Made by a program: the position numbers and the translations under genes. This document shows positions 28,342-37,056 of a DNA stretch of 64,000 nt, in pieces. How positions within the stretch are numbered: the first letter of the stretch is position 1; each line of letters begins with the position of its first letter. This DNA is from Actinomycetes bacterium (GTDB lineage: Bacteria; Actinomycetota; CALGFH01), in NCBI GenBank assembly GCA_036377075.1, contig DASUZB010000105.1, forward strand, positions 6,759 to 70,758. Direction: 5' to 3'. The notes under the pieces are model-generated. The model did no database searches, had not been told where the DNA came from, and was given only the letters and a program-made list of their open reading frames with translations.

Positions 28342-29670
28342 ATGAACGTACTAGAACGATACCACGTGGCCGGGAGCGGCGCCCAGGAGATCGCGGCCAG
28401 CGTCGAGGCGGCGGTTCGCGGCGGCCAGCTCGCGCCGGGCGACGCCCTGCCAACCGTGCGGGACCTGGCCGCGGCGCTCGGGGTCAGCCCGGGCACGGTG
28501 GCGGCCGCCTACGCGGCCCTGCGGCGCCGCGGCCTGGTGGTCACCGCCGGGCGGCGCGGCACCAGGGTGCGCGGCCGGCCGCCGCTGCCGGCCCACCCGG
28601 TGCCGCCCCGCCGGGACGGCGTCCGCGACCTCGCCGCCGGCAGCCCCGACCCGGAGCTGCTGCCCGCGCTCAGCCCGGTGCTCGGCGGGCTGGCGCCGGC
28701 GAGGCGCCTGTACGACGAGTCGCCCAACCTGCCGGCGCTGGTCGAGCTCGCCCGCGGCCAGTTCGACCGGGACGGCGTGCCCGCCGGGCCGGTGGCGGTG
28801 GTCAGCGGGGCGCTCGACGGCATCGAGCGGGTGCTGGTCGCCCAGACCCGCCCCGGCGACCGGGTGGCGGTCGAGGATCCCGGCTTCCCCCCGGTGTTCG
28901 ACCTGCTCGCCGCGCTCGGCCTGACCCCCGAGCCGGTGCTGCTCGACCGCGGTGGGCTGGTGCCCGAGGCGCTCGAGCGGGCGCTGGCCACCAGGGTGGT
29001 CGCCCTGGTGGTCACCCCGCGGGCGCAGAACCCTACCGGCGCGGCGCTCGGCGCCGAGCGCGCGGCCGAGCTGGGCGAGGTCCTCGACCGCCACCCGGAC
29101 GTGCTGGTGGTCGAGGACGACCACGCCGGCCAGGTGGCCGGCGCGCCCTACCGCACCCTGGCGGACGGGCGGCGGCGCTGGGCGGTGGTCCGCTCGGTGT
29201 CCAAGACGCTCGGGCCCGACCTGCGCCTGGCGGTGCTGGGCGGGGACCCCGACACGGTGGCCCAGGTCGAGGGCCGCCAGCTCCTCGGGCCGGGCTGGGT
29301 CAGCCACCTGCTGCAGGCGACCGTGGCGGCGCTCTGGGCCGACCAGGCAACCGGCCGCCTGCTCGAACGGGCCGCGGCCGCCTACGCGGCGCGCCGCACC
29401 GCCCTGCTGGAGGCGCTCGCCGGCCACGGCATCGCCGCCAGCGGCGACTCGGGCCTGAACGTCTGGGTCCCGGTGCCCGAGGAGGCGCGCGCCGCCGCCG
29501 CCCTGCTCGACGCCGGCTGGGCGGTGGCGGCCGGCGAGCGCTACCGGCTGCGCTCCCCCAGCGCCGTGCGGGTCACCGTCGCGACCCTGCGCCAGCCGGA
29601 GGAGGCCGAGCGCCTGGCCGCGACCCTCGCCGGGGCGCTCGACCCGCCCCGCCGCACCCACCCGGCCTGA
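28342..29670 (+). CDS. MocR/GabR/PdxR-type regulator (GntR HTH fused to class-I aminotransferase-like domain)
   Basis: HTH segment LPTVRDLAAALGVSPGTVAAAYAALRRRGLV. PLP-lysine motif SVSKTLGPDLRLAVLGG. The first 8 codons are AT-rich, so the GTG at 28366 is an alternative start. Confidence 0.85.
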   Translation: MNVLERYHVAGSGAQEIAASVEAAVRGGQLAPGDALPTVRDLAAALGVSPGTVAAAYAALRRRGLVVTAGRRGTRVRGRPPLPAHPVPPRRDGVRDLAAGSPDPELLPALSPVLGGLAPARRLYDESPNLPALVELARGQFDRDGVPAGPVAVVSGALDGIERVLVAQTRPGDRVAVEDPGFPPVFDLLAALGLTPEPVLLDRGGLVPEALERALATRVVALVVTPRAQNPTGAALGAERAAELGEVLDRHPDVLVVEDDHAGQVAGAPYRTLADGRRRWAVVRSVSKTLGPDLRLAVLGGDPDTVAQVEGRQLLGPGWVSHLLQATVAALWADQATGRLLERAAAAYAARRTALLEALAGHGIAASGDSGLNVWVPVPEEARAAAALLDAGWAVAAGERYRLRSPSAVRVTVATLRQPEEAERLAATLAGALDPPRRTHPA

Positions 29671-29830
29671 GCCGGCGCGGCCGCGGCGGGCTCACCTCGC
29701 CGCCGCCCGCCGCCGACCGGCCCGGGCGCGCTGCGGGCTGTCCGGTCGCTGCCGTACCTTGGGGAGCAAGCTCTGCCACCGGGGGTCGTAACTGGGCTAC
29801 TTGGCCACGCCACCGCCGGAGGGTCTGGCC

Positions 29831-31636
29831 ATGGCCACCCTCCGGCGCATCGTCGGGCTGCTGCGCCCGTACTGGCGGCGTGCGCTGTTCGCCTTCGCGC
29901 TCGGCCTGGCGATGCAGGCCATCACCACGATCGTCCCGCGCATCACCCGCACGGTGATCGACCAGGGCCTGACCCGCCGCGTCCCCGGCGTGCTCGGCCA
30001 CGAGCTGGGGCTGCTGCTGGTCCTCGGGCTGGCCCGCTGGGCCTGCGGCGGCCTGCGGCGCTGGATCTCCGGCGGGGTCGGCACCGACGTCGAGGTCGAC
30101 CTGCGCAACCGGCTCGCCCGCCACCTGCTGGCGCTGGAACCGGGCTGGCACGACCGCGCCCAGACCGGCCAGCTCCTGTCCCGCTTCGGCGCCGACATCC
30201 GCTCGGTGCGCTACTTCCTCTCCTGGGGGCTGGTGTTCAGCCTGCTCAACCTGCTCGTCCTGGTGATGGCGGCGGTGCAGATGTGGCTGCTGTCGCCACG
30301 GCTCACCGTGGTGGCGATCGCCCTCGGCCCGCCGCTGGTGGTCGGGGCGGTGCGCTACAACCGGCGCCTCCACACCGTCTTCTGGCAGGTCCAGCAGGAG
30401 CTCGGCGACCTGGCCACGGTGGTGGAGGAGAACGCCGCCGGCATCCGGGTGGTCAAGGCGTTCGGCCGCGAGGCCGAGCAGGCGGCGCGGCTCGACGCCG
30501 AGGCACGCTCGATCATGACCGAGAGCCTGCGGGCCGCCCGCCTGAGCGCCTTCTACAACCCGCTGCTCGCCGCCCTCCCGCAGGTGTCGCTGGCGGGGAT
30601 CGTCTGGTACGGCGGCCGCATGGCCTCGCAGGGCGAGATCAGCCTCGGCACGCTGGTCGCCTTCACCTCCTACCTGGTCCTGCTCGCCTGGCCGCTGCAG
30701 TCCCTCGGCATGCTGTTCGGCTTCGCCCAGCGCGCCGCCGCCAGCGCCGAGCGCGTCTTCGAGGTGCTCGACCGGCCGCCGGCCGTCGCCGACCGGCCCG
30801 GGGCCGTGCGCCTGCCCGCACCCCGCCCCGGCCAGCCGTGGGGCGCCCGGATCGGCTTCGAGGGCGTCCGCCTCGACTACGGCGCGGCGGCGGGCGACGG
30901 GGCGGAGCCACCGCGGCCGCCGGCACTCGACGGCGTCGACCTGACCATCGAGCCCGGCTCGCGGGTGGCGTTCGCCGGCGGCACCGGCTCCGGCAAGTCG
31001 ACCCTCACCGCGCTGGTGCCGCGGCTCTACGAGGCGACCGCCGGGCGCGTCCTGCTCGACGGCCACGACGTCCGCGACCTCACCCTCGAGTCCCTGCGTG
31101 GCGCGGTCGCGGTGGTGGCGCAGGAGCCGGTGCTGCTCTCGGCCACCCTGCGCGAGAACGTCGCCTTCGGCCGGCCCGAGGCCGACGACCGCGAGGTGCT
31201 CGACGCGCTGGCCGCTGCCGCCGCCCTCGACGTCGTCGAGGCCCTGCCCGACGGGCTCGGCACGGTCGTCGGCGAGCAGGGCTGGACCCTCTCGGGCGGC
31301 CAGCGCCAGCGGGTCGCCCTCGCCCGCGCCCTGCTCGCCCGGCCGCGGGTGCTGGTCCTCGACGACGCGCTCAGCTCGGTCGACATGGCCACCGAGGCAC
31401 GCATCCTCGCCGGCCTGGACGACGCCATCGGCGACGCCACCGTGCTGCTGGTCGCCCACCGGCAGGCCACCCTGCGCCTGGCCGACCGGGTCGTGCTCCT
31501 GGACCACGGCCGGGCGGTGGCCACCGGCAGCCACGCCGAGCTGGCCGCCCGCGAGCCGCGCTACCGCGCCCTGCTCGCCGGCGCGGCCGCGGAGGTCGAC
31601 CGCCTGGTCGGCGGGGAACGGACCGCCGGTGTCTAG
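29831..31636 (+). CDS. ABC exporter half-transporter (TMD-NBD), subunit with non-canonical Walker B
   Basis: ATG preceded by ggaggg. Walker A GGTGSGKST and signature LSGGQRQR. Walker B is VLVLDDALS, with Asp in place of the catalytic Glu. Confidence 0.9.
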   Translation: MATLRRIVGLLRPYWRRALFAFALGLAMQAITTIVPRITRTVIDQGLTRRVPGVLGHELGLLLVLGLARWACGGLRRWISGGVGTDVEVDLRNRLARHLLALEPGWHDRAQTGQLLSRFGADIRSVRYFLSWGLVFSLLNLLVLVMAAVQMWLLSPRLTVVAIALGPPLVVGAVRYNRRLHTVFWQVQQELGDLATVVEENAAGIRVVKAFGREAEQAARLDAEARSIMTESLRAARLSAFYNPLLAALPQVSLAGIVWYGGRMASQGEISLGTLVAFTSYLVLLAWPLQSLGMLFGFAQRAAASAERVFEVLDRPPAVADRPGAVRLPAPRPGQPWGARIGFEGVRLDYGAAAGDGAEPPRPPALDGVDLTIEPGSRVAFAGGTGSGKSTLTALVPRLYEATAGRVLLDGHDVRDLTLESLRGAVAVVAQEPVLLSATLRENVAFGRPEADDREVLDALAAAAALDVVEALPDGLGTVVGEQGWTLSGGQRQRVALARALLARPRVLVLDDALSSVDMATEARILAGLDDAIGDATVLLVAHRQATLRLADRVVLLDHGRAVATGSHAELAAREPRYRALLAGAAAEVDRLVGGERTAGV

Positions 31637-33416
31637 GTGGAGCGTGCCCGCCGCCGACCGGCCGGTGGGCTCCGGCCGCAAGGCGCGGGCCTGGCTGTGG
31701 CCGCTGGTCCGCCCCCATCGCGGCCAGGTCGCCCTCGGCGCCATGGCCGTCCTCACCCAGAGCGGCATCGACCTGGCCCTCCCCTTCCTGGTCAAGCTCG
31801 CGATCGACGACGGCGTGGTGCCGCACCGGCCCGCGGTGATCACCCGGGTGGTGCTCGCCTACCTCGTCCTGGCCGGGATCCAGCTGGTCGCCGGCCGCAT
31901 CGAGGAGCTGGCGGTCGCCAACGCCGGCCAGCGGGTGCTGTTCGCCGTCCGCCGCCGCCTCTTCGGCCACCTGCAGGCCCTCTCGCTCGACTTCTACGAG
32001 CGCGAGCGCACCGGCGGCCTGGTGAACCGCATGACCAGCGACGTCGAGGCGATGAGCAACCTGCTCTCCAGCGGCCTGGTCAACCTGGTCTCCAGCCTCT
32101 TCAGCCTGGTCGGGATCGTGGTCGTGCTGGTGCTGCTCGACTGGCGCCTGGCGCTGGCCACCCTCACGGTGACGCCGCTCGCCTGGGCGGCGTCGACCTG
32201 GTTCCGGCGCCGCTCCGCCGTCGCCTGGCGGCAGGTGCGCGAGACCGCCGCGGTGGTCACCATCCGGCTGCAGGAGGCGCTCACCGCCATCCGCGCGATC
32301 CAGAGCTTCCGCCGCGAGCCGACGACCGAGCGCTCACTGGCCGACGCGAACCTCGCCGAGCGCGCCGCCCACCGCCGCACGATCGCGCTCACCTCGATCT
32401 TCTTCCCGGGCATGGAGTTCCTCGGGGTGGTCGGCACCGCGGTCGTGCTCGGCTTCGGCGGGCGCCGCGTGCTCGCCGGAGACCTCGCCCTCGGCACCCT
32501 CGCCGCCTTCCTGCTCTACCTGCGCAACCTGTTCGAGCCCGTGCAGCAGCTCTCCGAGCTGTACGACACGGTCCAGGCCGCCACCGCCGGTGCCGAGCGC
32601 ATCGGCGCCGTGCTGGCCGAGCGGCCCACCGTGGCCGAGCACCCCGACGCCGTCCCCCTCCCGGCCGCGCGCGGCGAGCTCCGCCTGGACGCGGTCCGCT
32701 TCGCCTACCCAGGCACGGGCGACGGCGGCCCCGAGGTGCTGCACGGCGTCGACCTCCACGTCCCGGCCGGCTCCACGCTGGGCCTGGTGGGACCGACCGG
32801 GGCGGGCAAGTCCACCATCGCCAAGCTGGTCGCCCGCTTCTACGACCCCAGCGGCGGCCGGGTCCTGCTCGACGGCATCCCCCTCGACCGCGTGCGCCTC
32901 GCCGACCTGCGCGCCTGCCTCGGCTACGTGCCGCAGGAGGGCTTCCTGTTCAGCGGTTCGATCGCCGACAACATCCGCTTCGGCCGGCCGGGCGCGACCC
33001 GCACCGAGGTCGAGGCGGCCGCCCGCGCCGTCGGTGCCGACCAGGTGGTCGAGCGCCTGCCGGGTGGCTACGACGCCGAGGTCGGCGAGCGCGGCGTGCG
33101 CCTGGCCGCGGGCGAGCGGCAGCTGGTCGCGTTCGCCCGCGCCTGGCTGGCCGACCCGGTCCTGCTGCTGCTGGACGAGGCCACCAGCCAGCTCGACGCC
33201 GCCAGCGAGGCGCACGTCCGCGAGGCGCTGCGGACCCTGCGGCGGGGCCGCACCACGATCCTGATCGCCCACCGGCTCACCAGCGTGCTGGACGCCGACC
33301 AGGTGGCGGTCGTCGAGGACGGCCACCTGGTCGAGCACGGCCCGCCCGGGGAACTGCACGCCGCGGGCGGCCGCTTCGCCGAGCTGTACCAGCGCTGGGC
33401 GGCCGGGGCGGCCTGA
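31629..33416 (+). CDS. ABC exporter half-transporter (TMD-NBD), subunit with degenerate signature motif
   Basis: GTG overlaps the upstream stop by 8 nt. Walker A GPTGAGKST and Walker B LLLLDEATS. The signature is the degenerate LAAGERQ. Confidence 0.9.
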   Translation: MSRWSVPAADRPVGSGRKARAWLWPLVRPHRGQVALGAMAVLTQSGIDLALPFLVKLAIDDGVVPHRPAVITRVVLAYLVLAGIQLVAGRIEELAVANAGQRVLFAVRRRLFGHLQALSLDFYERERTGGLVNRMTSDVEAMSNLLSSGLVNLVSSLFSLVGIVVVLVLLDWRLALATLTVTPLAWAASTWFRRRSAVAWRQVRETAAVVTIRLQEALTAIRAIQSFRREPTTERSLADANLAERAAHRRTIALTSIFFPGMEFLGVVGTAVVLGFGGRRVLAGDLALGTLAAFLLYLRNLFEPVQQLSELYDTVQAATAGAERIGAVLAERPTVAEHPDAVPLPAARGELRLDAVRFAYPGTGDGGPEVLHGVDLHVPAGSTLGLVGPTGAGKSTIAKLVARFYDPSGGRVLLDGIPLDRVRLADLRACLGYVPQEGFLFSGSIADNIRFGRPGATRTEVEAAARAVGADQVVERLPGGYDAEVGERGVRLAAGERQLVAFARAWLADPVLLLLDEATSQLDAASEAHVREALRTLRRGRTTILIAHRLTSVLDADQVAVVEDGHLVEHGPPGELHAAGGRFAELYQRWAAGAA

Positions 33417-33583
33417 GCGGCCGGCCCCGGGCGGCTCAGCAGGCCCAGGCGAGGGCGACCTGGTCGGCCCCGGCGGGCTGACGCTCGATGCAGGGCCTCG
33501 TCCAGCGCGGCTTCACAACCGCTGAGCAGCGCCGATGAGCGCGCGAAGAGGGTGCGGACAGCGAGGACGACCATGCTGCGCCC

Positions 33584-33733
33584 ATGGCCTCGTCCACTCC
33601 AGTCCCGCCGCCCGAGCCGATCGGTGACGTGGTGATCACGCCGCGGCCGTTGTCGGACCTCCGCAACATGTTCCTGCTCGACGACCACGACCTTCTCGCC
33701 GGCCCGATCCTGGACTGCCCCGGCGGCGCCTCG
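33584..33733 (+). pseudogene. N-terminal fragment of a class I SAM-dependent methyltransferase
   Basis: DVVITPRPLSDLRNMFLLDDHDLLAGPILDCPGGAS looks like the N-terminus through SAM motif I of an actinobacterial methyltransferase family. Similarity is lost after about 33733, and the frame runs into the 3' end of the convergent gene. Confidence 0.4.
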
Positions 33734-33764
33734 CCGACCACCGTTCCGGGAGCGTTACGAGCGG

Positions 33765-35315
33765 CTACCCTGCTCCCTGCTTCGAGGCCCCCGCGAGCTG
33801 GTAGCGGTGGTAGCCGCGATGCTGTCCTGCCCCGCGACCGAAGTAGTGCCAGTCGGGGAAGTTGAAGTCCGCCGTCACCGACCGTGGCAGCAGCAGCGAA
33901 GCCTCCAGGAACGCCTGCAGGTCGGGGACGCCGTAGACGTTGACCTCCCAGCCCCGTTCCTCGAGGTGGTCGATCAGCTTCCTGATCGCCGGCGTCCGCC
34001 AGTCCAGCGACAGGCGGTTCACCCCCCATGACCGCAGCGTGTCCAGGACCTCGCCGGCCAGGACCGGGGCGGCGAGCAGCAACGGACCGAGGAAGTCGAC
34101 GGGGACGGAGATGGTCGCCTTCGGGTGGGCCTCGGCCAGGCAGCGGACCCCGGCCTCGCCCAGGTCCTCGATGCGGCCGTTGAACAGCAGGAAGGCGTCG
34201 TCGAACCCGATGGCGGCGACGATGCCGAGCACCCGGTCGACGACCTCGCCGCCTTCCTTCAGGTCGAGGGCGACCGCGCGGTCCTGCTCACGGAGCGCCC
34301 GCAGGCAGGCTTGCAGCAGGAACGGGTGCTCGGCGCGGTGCCACGACGTCTCGGTGAACGAGTCGTGCCGCAGCACCAGCCGGTCCAGGGGGTCCCGCCG
34401 GATGTCGCACTCCGCCCAGTCGACTCCGGAGGCCAGGAACTGCCGCAGGTTGGCCTCGTCGTTGACGCCGTGCCAGATGAACTGGACCCGCCGGCGCAGC
34501 TCCTCCTCGGAGACCAGCTCGGCGAGGTCGTAGGTGGTGCCACGCACGGTGCGCGGCGTCACCACCCGCTGGGATTCGAAGATGGTGTCGGCATGCAGGA
34601 ACAGGATCTCGTGGGTCTGGTCGGCCGCGGCCATCGCCTGGATCATGGCCGGCTCGTTGTCCACCACCGCCACCACCCGCAGCCCTTGCTGCTGCAGCCA
34701 GCGGATGCAGGCCACCTTGGAGTCGGCGACCCGCCGTCCCCACCCGTTCGGGTTCATCCGCAGCAGGTCCGAACGGAACGCCACCCGGGAGGCCTTCCCC
34801 AGGGCGTTCAGGGACTGCAGCGTCAGGTCCCGGATCTCCTCGGGCCGGCCGGTGTTGAGCGCCGTGCAGGTCGCCGGCTGCAGCTGGAACCAGCGGATCA
34901 CGCCCATGACTCCCTGGTAGGGCTGGTTCGCGGCGAGGACCGCCTCGGGGCTCCAGAGGTGCTTGGCGTACCAGTCCACGACGTCGGCGCGGACGGGTGC
35001 GGGGAGGGCCATGCCCTCCAGGAACCGGTCGATGCGGTTCTCGTGGACGGTGACGTCCTCGAAGTGCAGCCCGTGGAAGTACTCCGTGGCGTGCTCCCGG
35101 TCGTAGGCCAGCAGGGCGTGGGCCACCAGGTAGCGGGCGTCCAGGATGGTCCCGTCGATGTCGAACACGACGCAGAGCTCGTGGTCGGGATAGGCCCGGC
35201 GCATGCGCTCGTAGTGCACCGCCAGCTCCCACATCCAGCCGGTGGCCGGTCGCTCCCCTGGACCTGCGGCCGCTTCTGTCGTCATGCCCCCCACCCTGCG
35301 GATCGAGCCTGGCAC
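33765..35315 (-). CDS. fusion protein: N-terminal HAD-like phosphatase plus C-terminal GDPD/PLC-like phosphodiesterase-like domain
   Basis: HAD motif I is CVVFDIDGTILD. Later motifs are ALNTGRPE, DSKVACIRWL and AVVDNEP. The C-terminal IWHGVN...WAECDIRR...LVLRHD resembles the GDPD H..(E.D)..HD catalytic pattern. An alternative ATG at 35285 has a G-rich RBS. Confidence 0.7.
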   Translation of the reverse strand: MPGSIRRVGGMTTEAAAGPGERPATGWMWELAVHYERMRRAYPDHELCVVFDIDGTILDARYLVAHALLAYDREHATEYFHGLHFEDVTVHENRIDRFLEGMALPAPVRADVVDWYAKHLWSPEAVLAANQPYQGVMGVIRWFQLQPATCTALNTGRPEEIRDLTLQSLNALGKASRVAFRSDLLRMNPNGWGRRVADSKVACIRWLQQQGLRVVAVVDNEPAMIQAMAAADQTHEILFLHADTIFESQRVVTPRTVRGTTYDLAELVSEEELRRRVQFIWHGVNDEANLRQFLASGVDWAECDIRRDPLDRLVLRHDSFTETSWHRAEHPFLLQACLRALREQDRAVALDLKEGGEVVDRVLGIVAAIGFDDAFLLFNGRIEDLGEAGVRCLAEAHPKATISVPVDFLGPLLLAAPVLAGEVLDTLRSWGVNRLSLDWRTPAIRKLIDHLEERGWEVNVYGVPDLQAFLEASLLLPRSVTADFNFPDWHYFGRGAGQHRGYHRYQLAGASKQGAG

Positions 35316-35458
35316 GATGCTAGTGGACCGTGGGGTCCTCGGCTGCGATCACGCCTACATATTTGCCCTGGTGGGAGCAGGTGTCAGGGAGGATCCTCGC
35401 ACTGTTCTCCTGGATGTCATCTCCACGCCGCAGGGCCGGATCGGCACGCCCTGACCCG

Positions 35459-36226
35459 TCAGCCTTCGCGCCTCGCACGGCCGCGGCGGCGGGCAACCAC
35501 CATGAGGTGCTCGTCGACCCACGACACCTCGGGGCCGGGCAGGTTGGCGACGAACCGGTCGGTCGCGGCGGCCAGCTCCTCCGGCGCGTAGAGGGAGAAC
35601 GTCGAGTAGTGACGCCCCTCGGCCTGGGCCCGGAGCCGCTCTCGGGTGCTCGAGCGCTGGTAGCTGAACGTCCGCGTGCCCGCGAGCACCAGGTCTCCTA
35701 CCTGCCGGACGGCGTCGCGGAGCGCTCGCTTGCTGTGCAGGCGCTGCTCGCGCTCGAGGAAGCCGGGGAAGTAGCGGCCCCAGACCGTCCGCGCGTTCTG
35801 CTCCGGGGTGCGGGTGTAGACGAACAGCCGGCCGCCCGGCCGCAGCACCCGGGCGACGTCGGCCAGGAACCGGCCCAGGTCGAAGTGGTGCACCGAGTTG
35901 AACGAGGTGACCAGGTCCAGGCTGCCGGTCCTGATCGGCAGCGACTCGGCGGTCGACCGCAACGGCGCCAGTTCGAGGCGCCCCCGGTCGTTGGCCCGCA
36001 GCTCGGTCAGCATGGCCACCGAGACGTCGCTCGCGACCAGCAGCGAGCCCGCCGGCAGCAGGGCGCGCAGCAGCCGCGAGTACCGTCCGGTCCCACAACC
36101 CACGTCGATGCCGGTGACCGGGCGGTCGGGCAGCAGCTGCCGGATCCTCAGCACCGGCTCCTCATCGGTCGTGCGCAACGACTCGTACGCAGCGGCGACT
36201 TGCGCGAAGTGATCGCTCAGGGTCAC
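35459..36226 (-). CDS. class I SAM-dependent methyltransferase
   Basis: GTG at 36226. Motif I is GIDVGCGTGRYS. Post-I/II motifs are SLDLVTSFNSVHHF and VLRPGGRLFV. Confidence 0.85.
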   Translation of the reverse strand: MTLSDHFAQVAAAYESLRTTDEEPVLRIRQLLPDRPVTGIDVGCGTGRYSRLLRALLPAGSLLVASDVSVAMLTELRANDRGRLELAPLRSTAESLPIRTGSLDLVTSFNSVHHFDLGRFLADVARVLRPGGRLFVYTRTPEQNARTVWGRYFPGFLEREQRLHSKRALRDAVRQVGDLVLAGTRTFSYQRSSTRERLRAQAEGRHYSTFSLYAPEELAAATDRFVANLPGPEVSWVDEHLMVVARRRGRARREG

Positions 36227-36399
36227 GCGGCACCCCCAACCTGGTCCAGCAGCCTCGGGGTCAGCTACCACCATCATGCGCTCGCCTTGGTGCGTTCACA
36301 CGTCGTTCACCCCAAGAGGCGTGAGGGAGCCTGGTCCCGAGCCGGACCGGGATCCGGCCGGCGACGGCGAACGCGTTCCGCGCGATCGGTGAAGGAGGG

Positions 36400-37056
36400 G
36401 TGACCATAGACTCCATCCTCGACGCGCGGAAGGCACGACATGGTGCGACGGAGCCAGGCATGGCCGCCGTGATGCGCGCGGTGACCCAGACCGATGCCGC
36501 GATCATCGAGCGGTCCTGGCATGAGCCCGAGCGGTTCGCCGCGGTCTTCGACCGCTACTACCCCGAGATCCACGGATTCGCGTCGCGCCGGCTGGGCGGG
36601 AGCCTGGCCGACGACGTGGCCGCGGAGACGTTCCTGATCGCCTTCGACCGGCGGCGGCGCTACGACCTTGCGCGCCCCGACGCGCGGCCATGGCTGTACG
36701 GGATCGCCTCCAACCTCATCTCCCGCCACCGGCGGGCGGAGGTACGGCAGTACCGGGCGCTGGCCCGGGCCGGCCTCGCCCCGGTCGCCGACGGGCACGC
36801 CGAGCGGGTCGAGGGCCGCCTCGACGCCGAGGCGCTGCGCGGACGGCTGGCGGCGGCGCTCGCCGAGGTCGCCGACCGCGACCGGGACGTGCTGCTCCTG
36901 GTCGCGTGGGCGCAGCTCAGCTGCGACGAGGCGGCGCGGGCGCTGGGGATCCCGGCGGGGACGGCGCGCTCACGGCTGCACCGGGCTCGAAGGAAGACGC
37001 GGGCGGCGCTGGGTGGCCTCGACCCGAGGACCGAAGGAGAGGAAGCAGACCGATGA
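36400..37056 (+). CDS. ECF-type RNA polymerase sigma-70 family factor
   Basis: Region 2: FAAVFDRYYPEIHGFASRRLG...AETFLIAF...RPWLYGIASNLISRH. Region 4: DRDVLLLVAWAQLSCDEAARALGIPAGTARSRLHRAR. An alternative ATG at 36460 has better RBS spacing. Confidence 0.85.
   Translation: MTIDSILDARKARHGATEPGMAAVMRAVTQTDAAIIERSWHEPERFAAVFDRYYPEIHGFASRRLGGSLADDVAAETFLIAFDRRRRYDLARPDARPWLYGIASNLISRHRRAEVRQYRALARAGLAPVADGHAERVEGRLDAEALRGRLAAALAEVADRDRDVLLLVAWAQLSCDEAARALGIPAGTARSRLHRARRKTRAALGGLDPRTEGEEADR

Noticed and set aside
28366-28376. ATACCA motif resembling the GabR direct-repeat half-site near the MocR start.
   Set aside because: There is a single copy, with no second repeat at a plausible distance, and it lies inside or at the edge of the coding sequence. 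It is probably coincidental.
33068-34029. Minus-strand ORFs 33068..33688 and 33436..34029 in the gap after the ABC exporter.
   Set aside because: They overlap the 3' end of the exporter gene or the 3' end of the HAD-GDPD gene out of frame. Their translations are Arg/Pro/Gly-rich with no motifs.
36293-36310. Direct repeat CGTTCAC ... CGTTCAC (11 bp apart), and GAAC/CGTT-like elements, as an autoregulated ECF promoter upstream of the sigma gene.
   Set aside because: The spacing and sequence do not fit a GGAAC-N16/17-CGTC-type ECF promoter well enough to call. It is noted only as a possibility.
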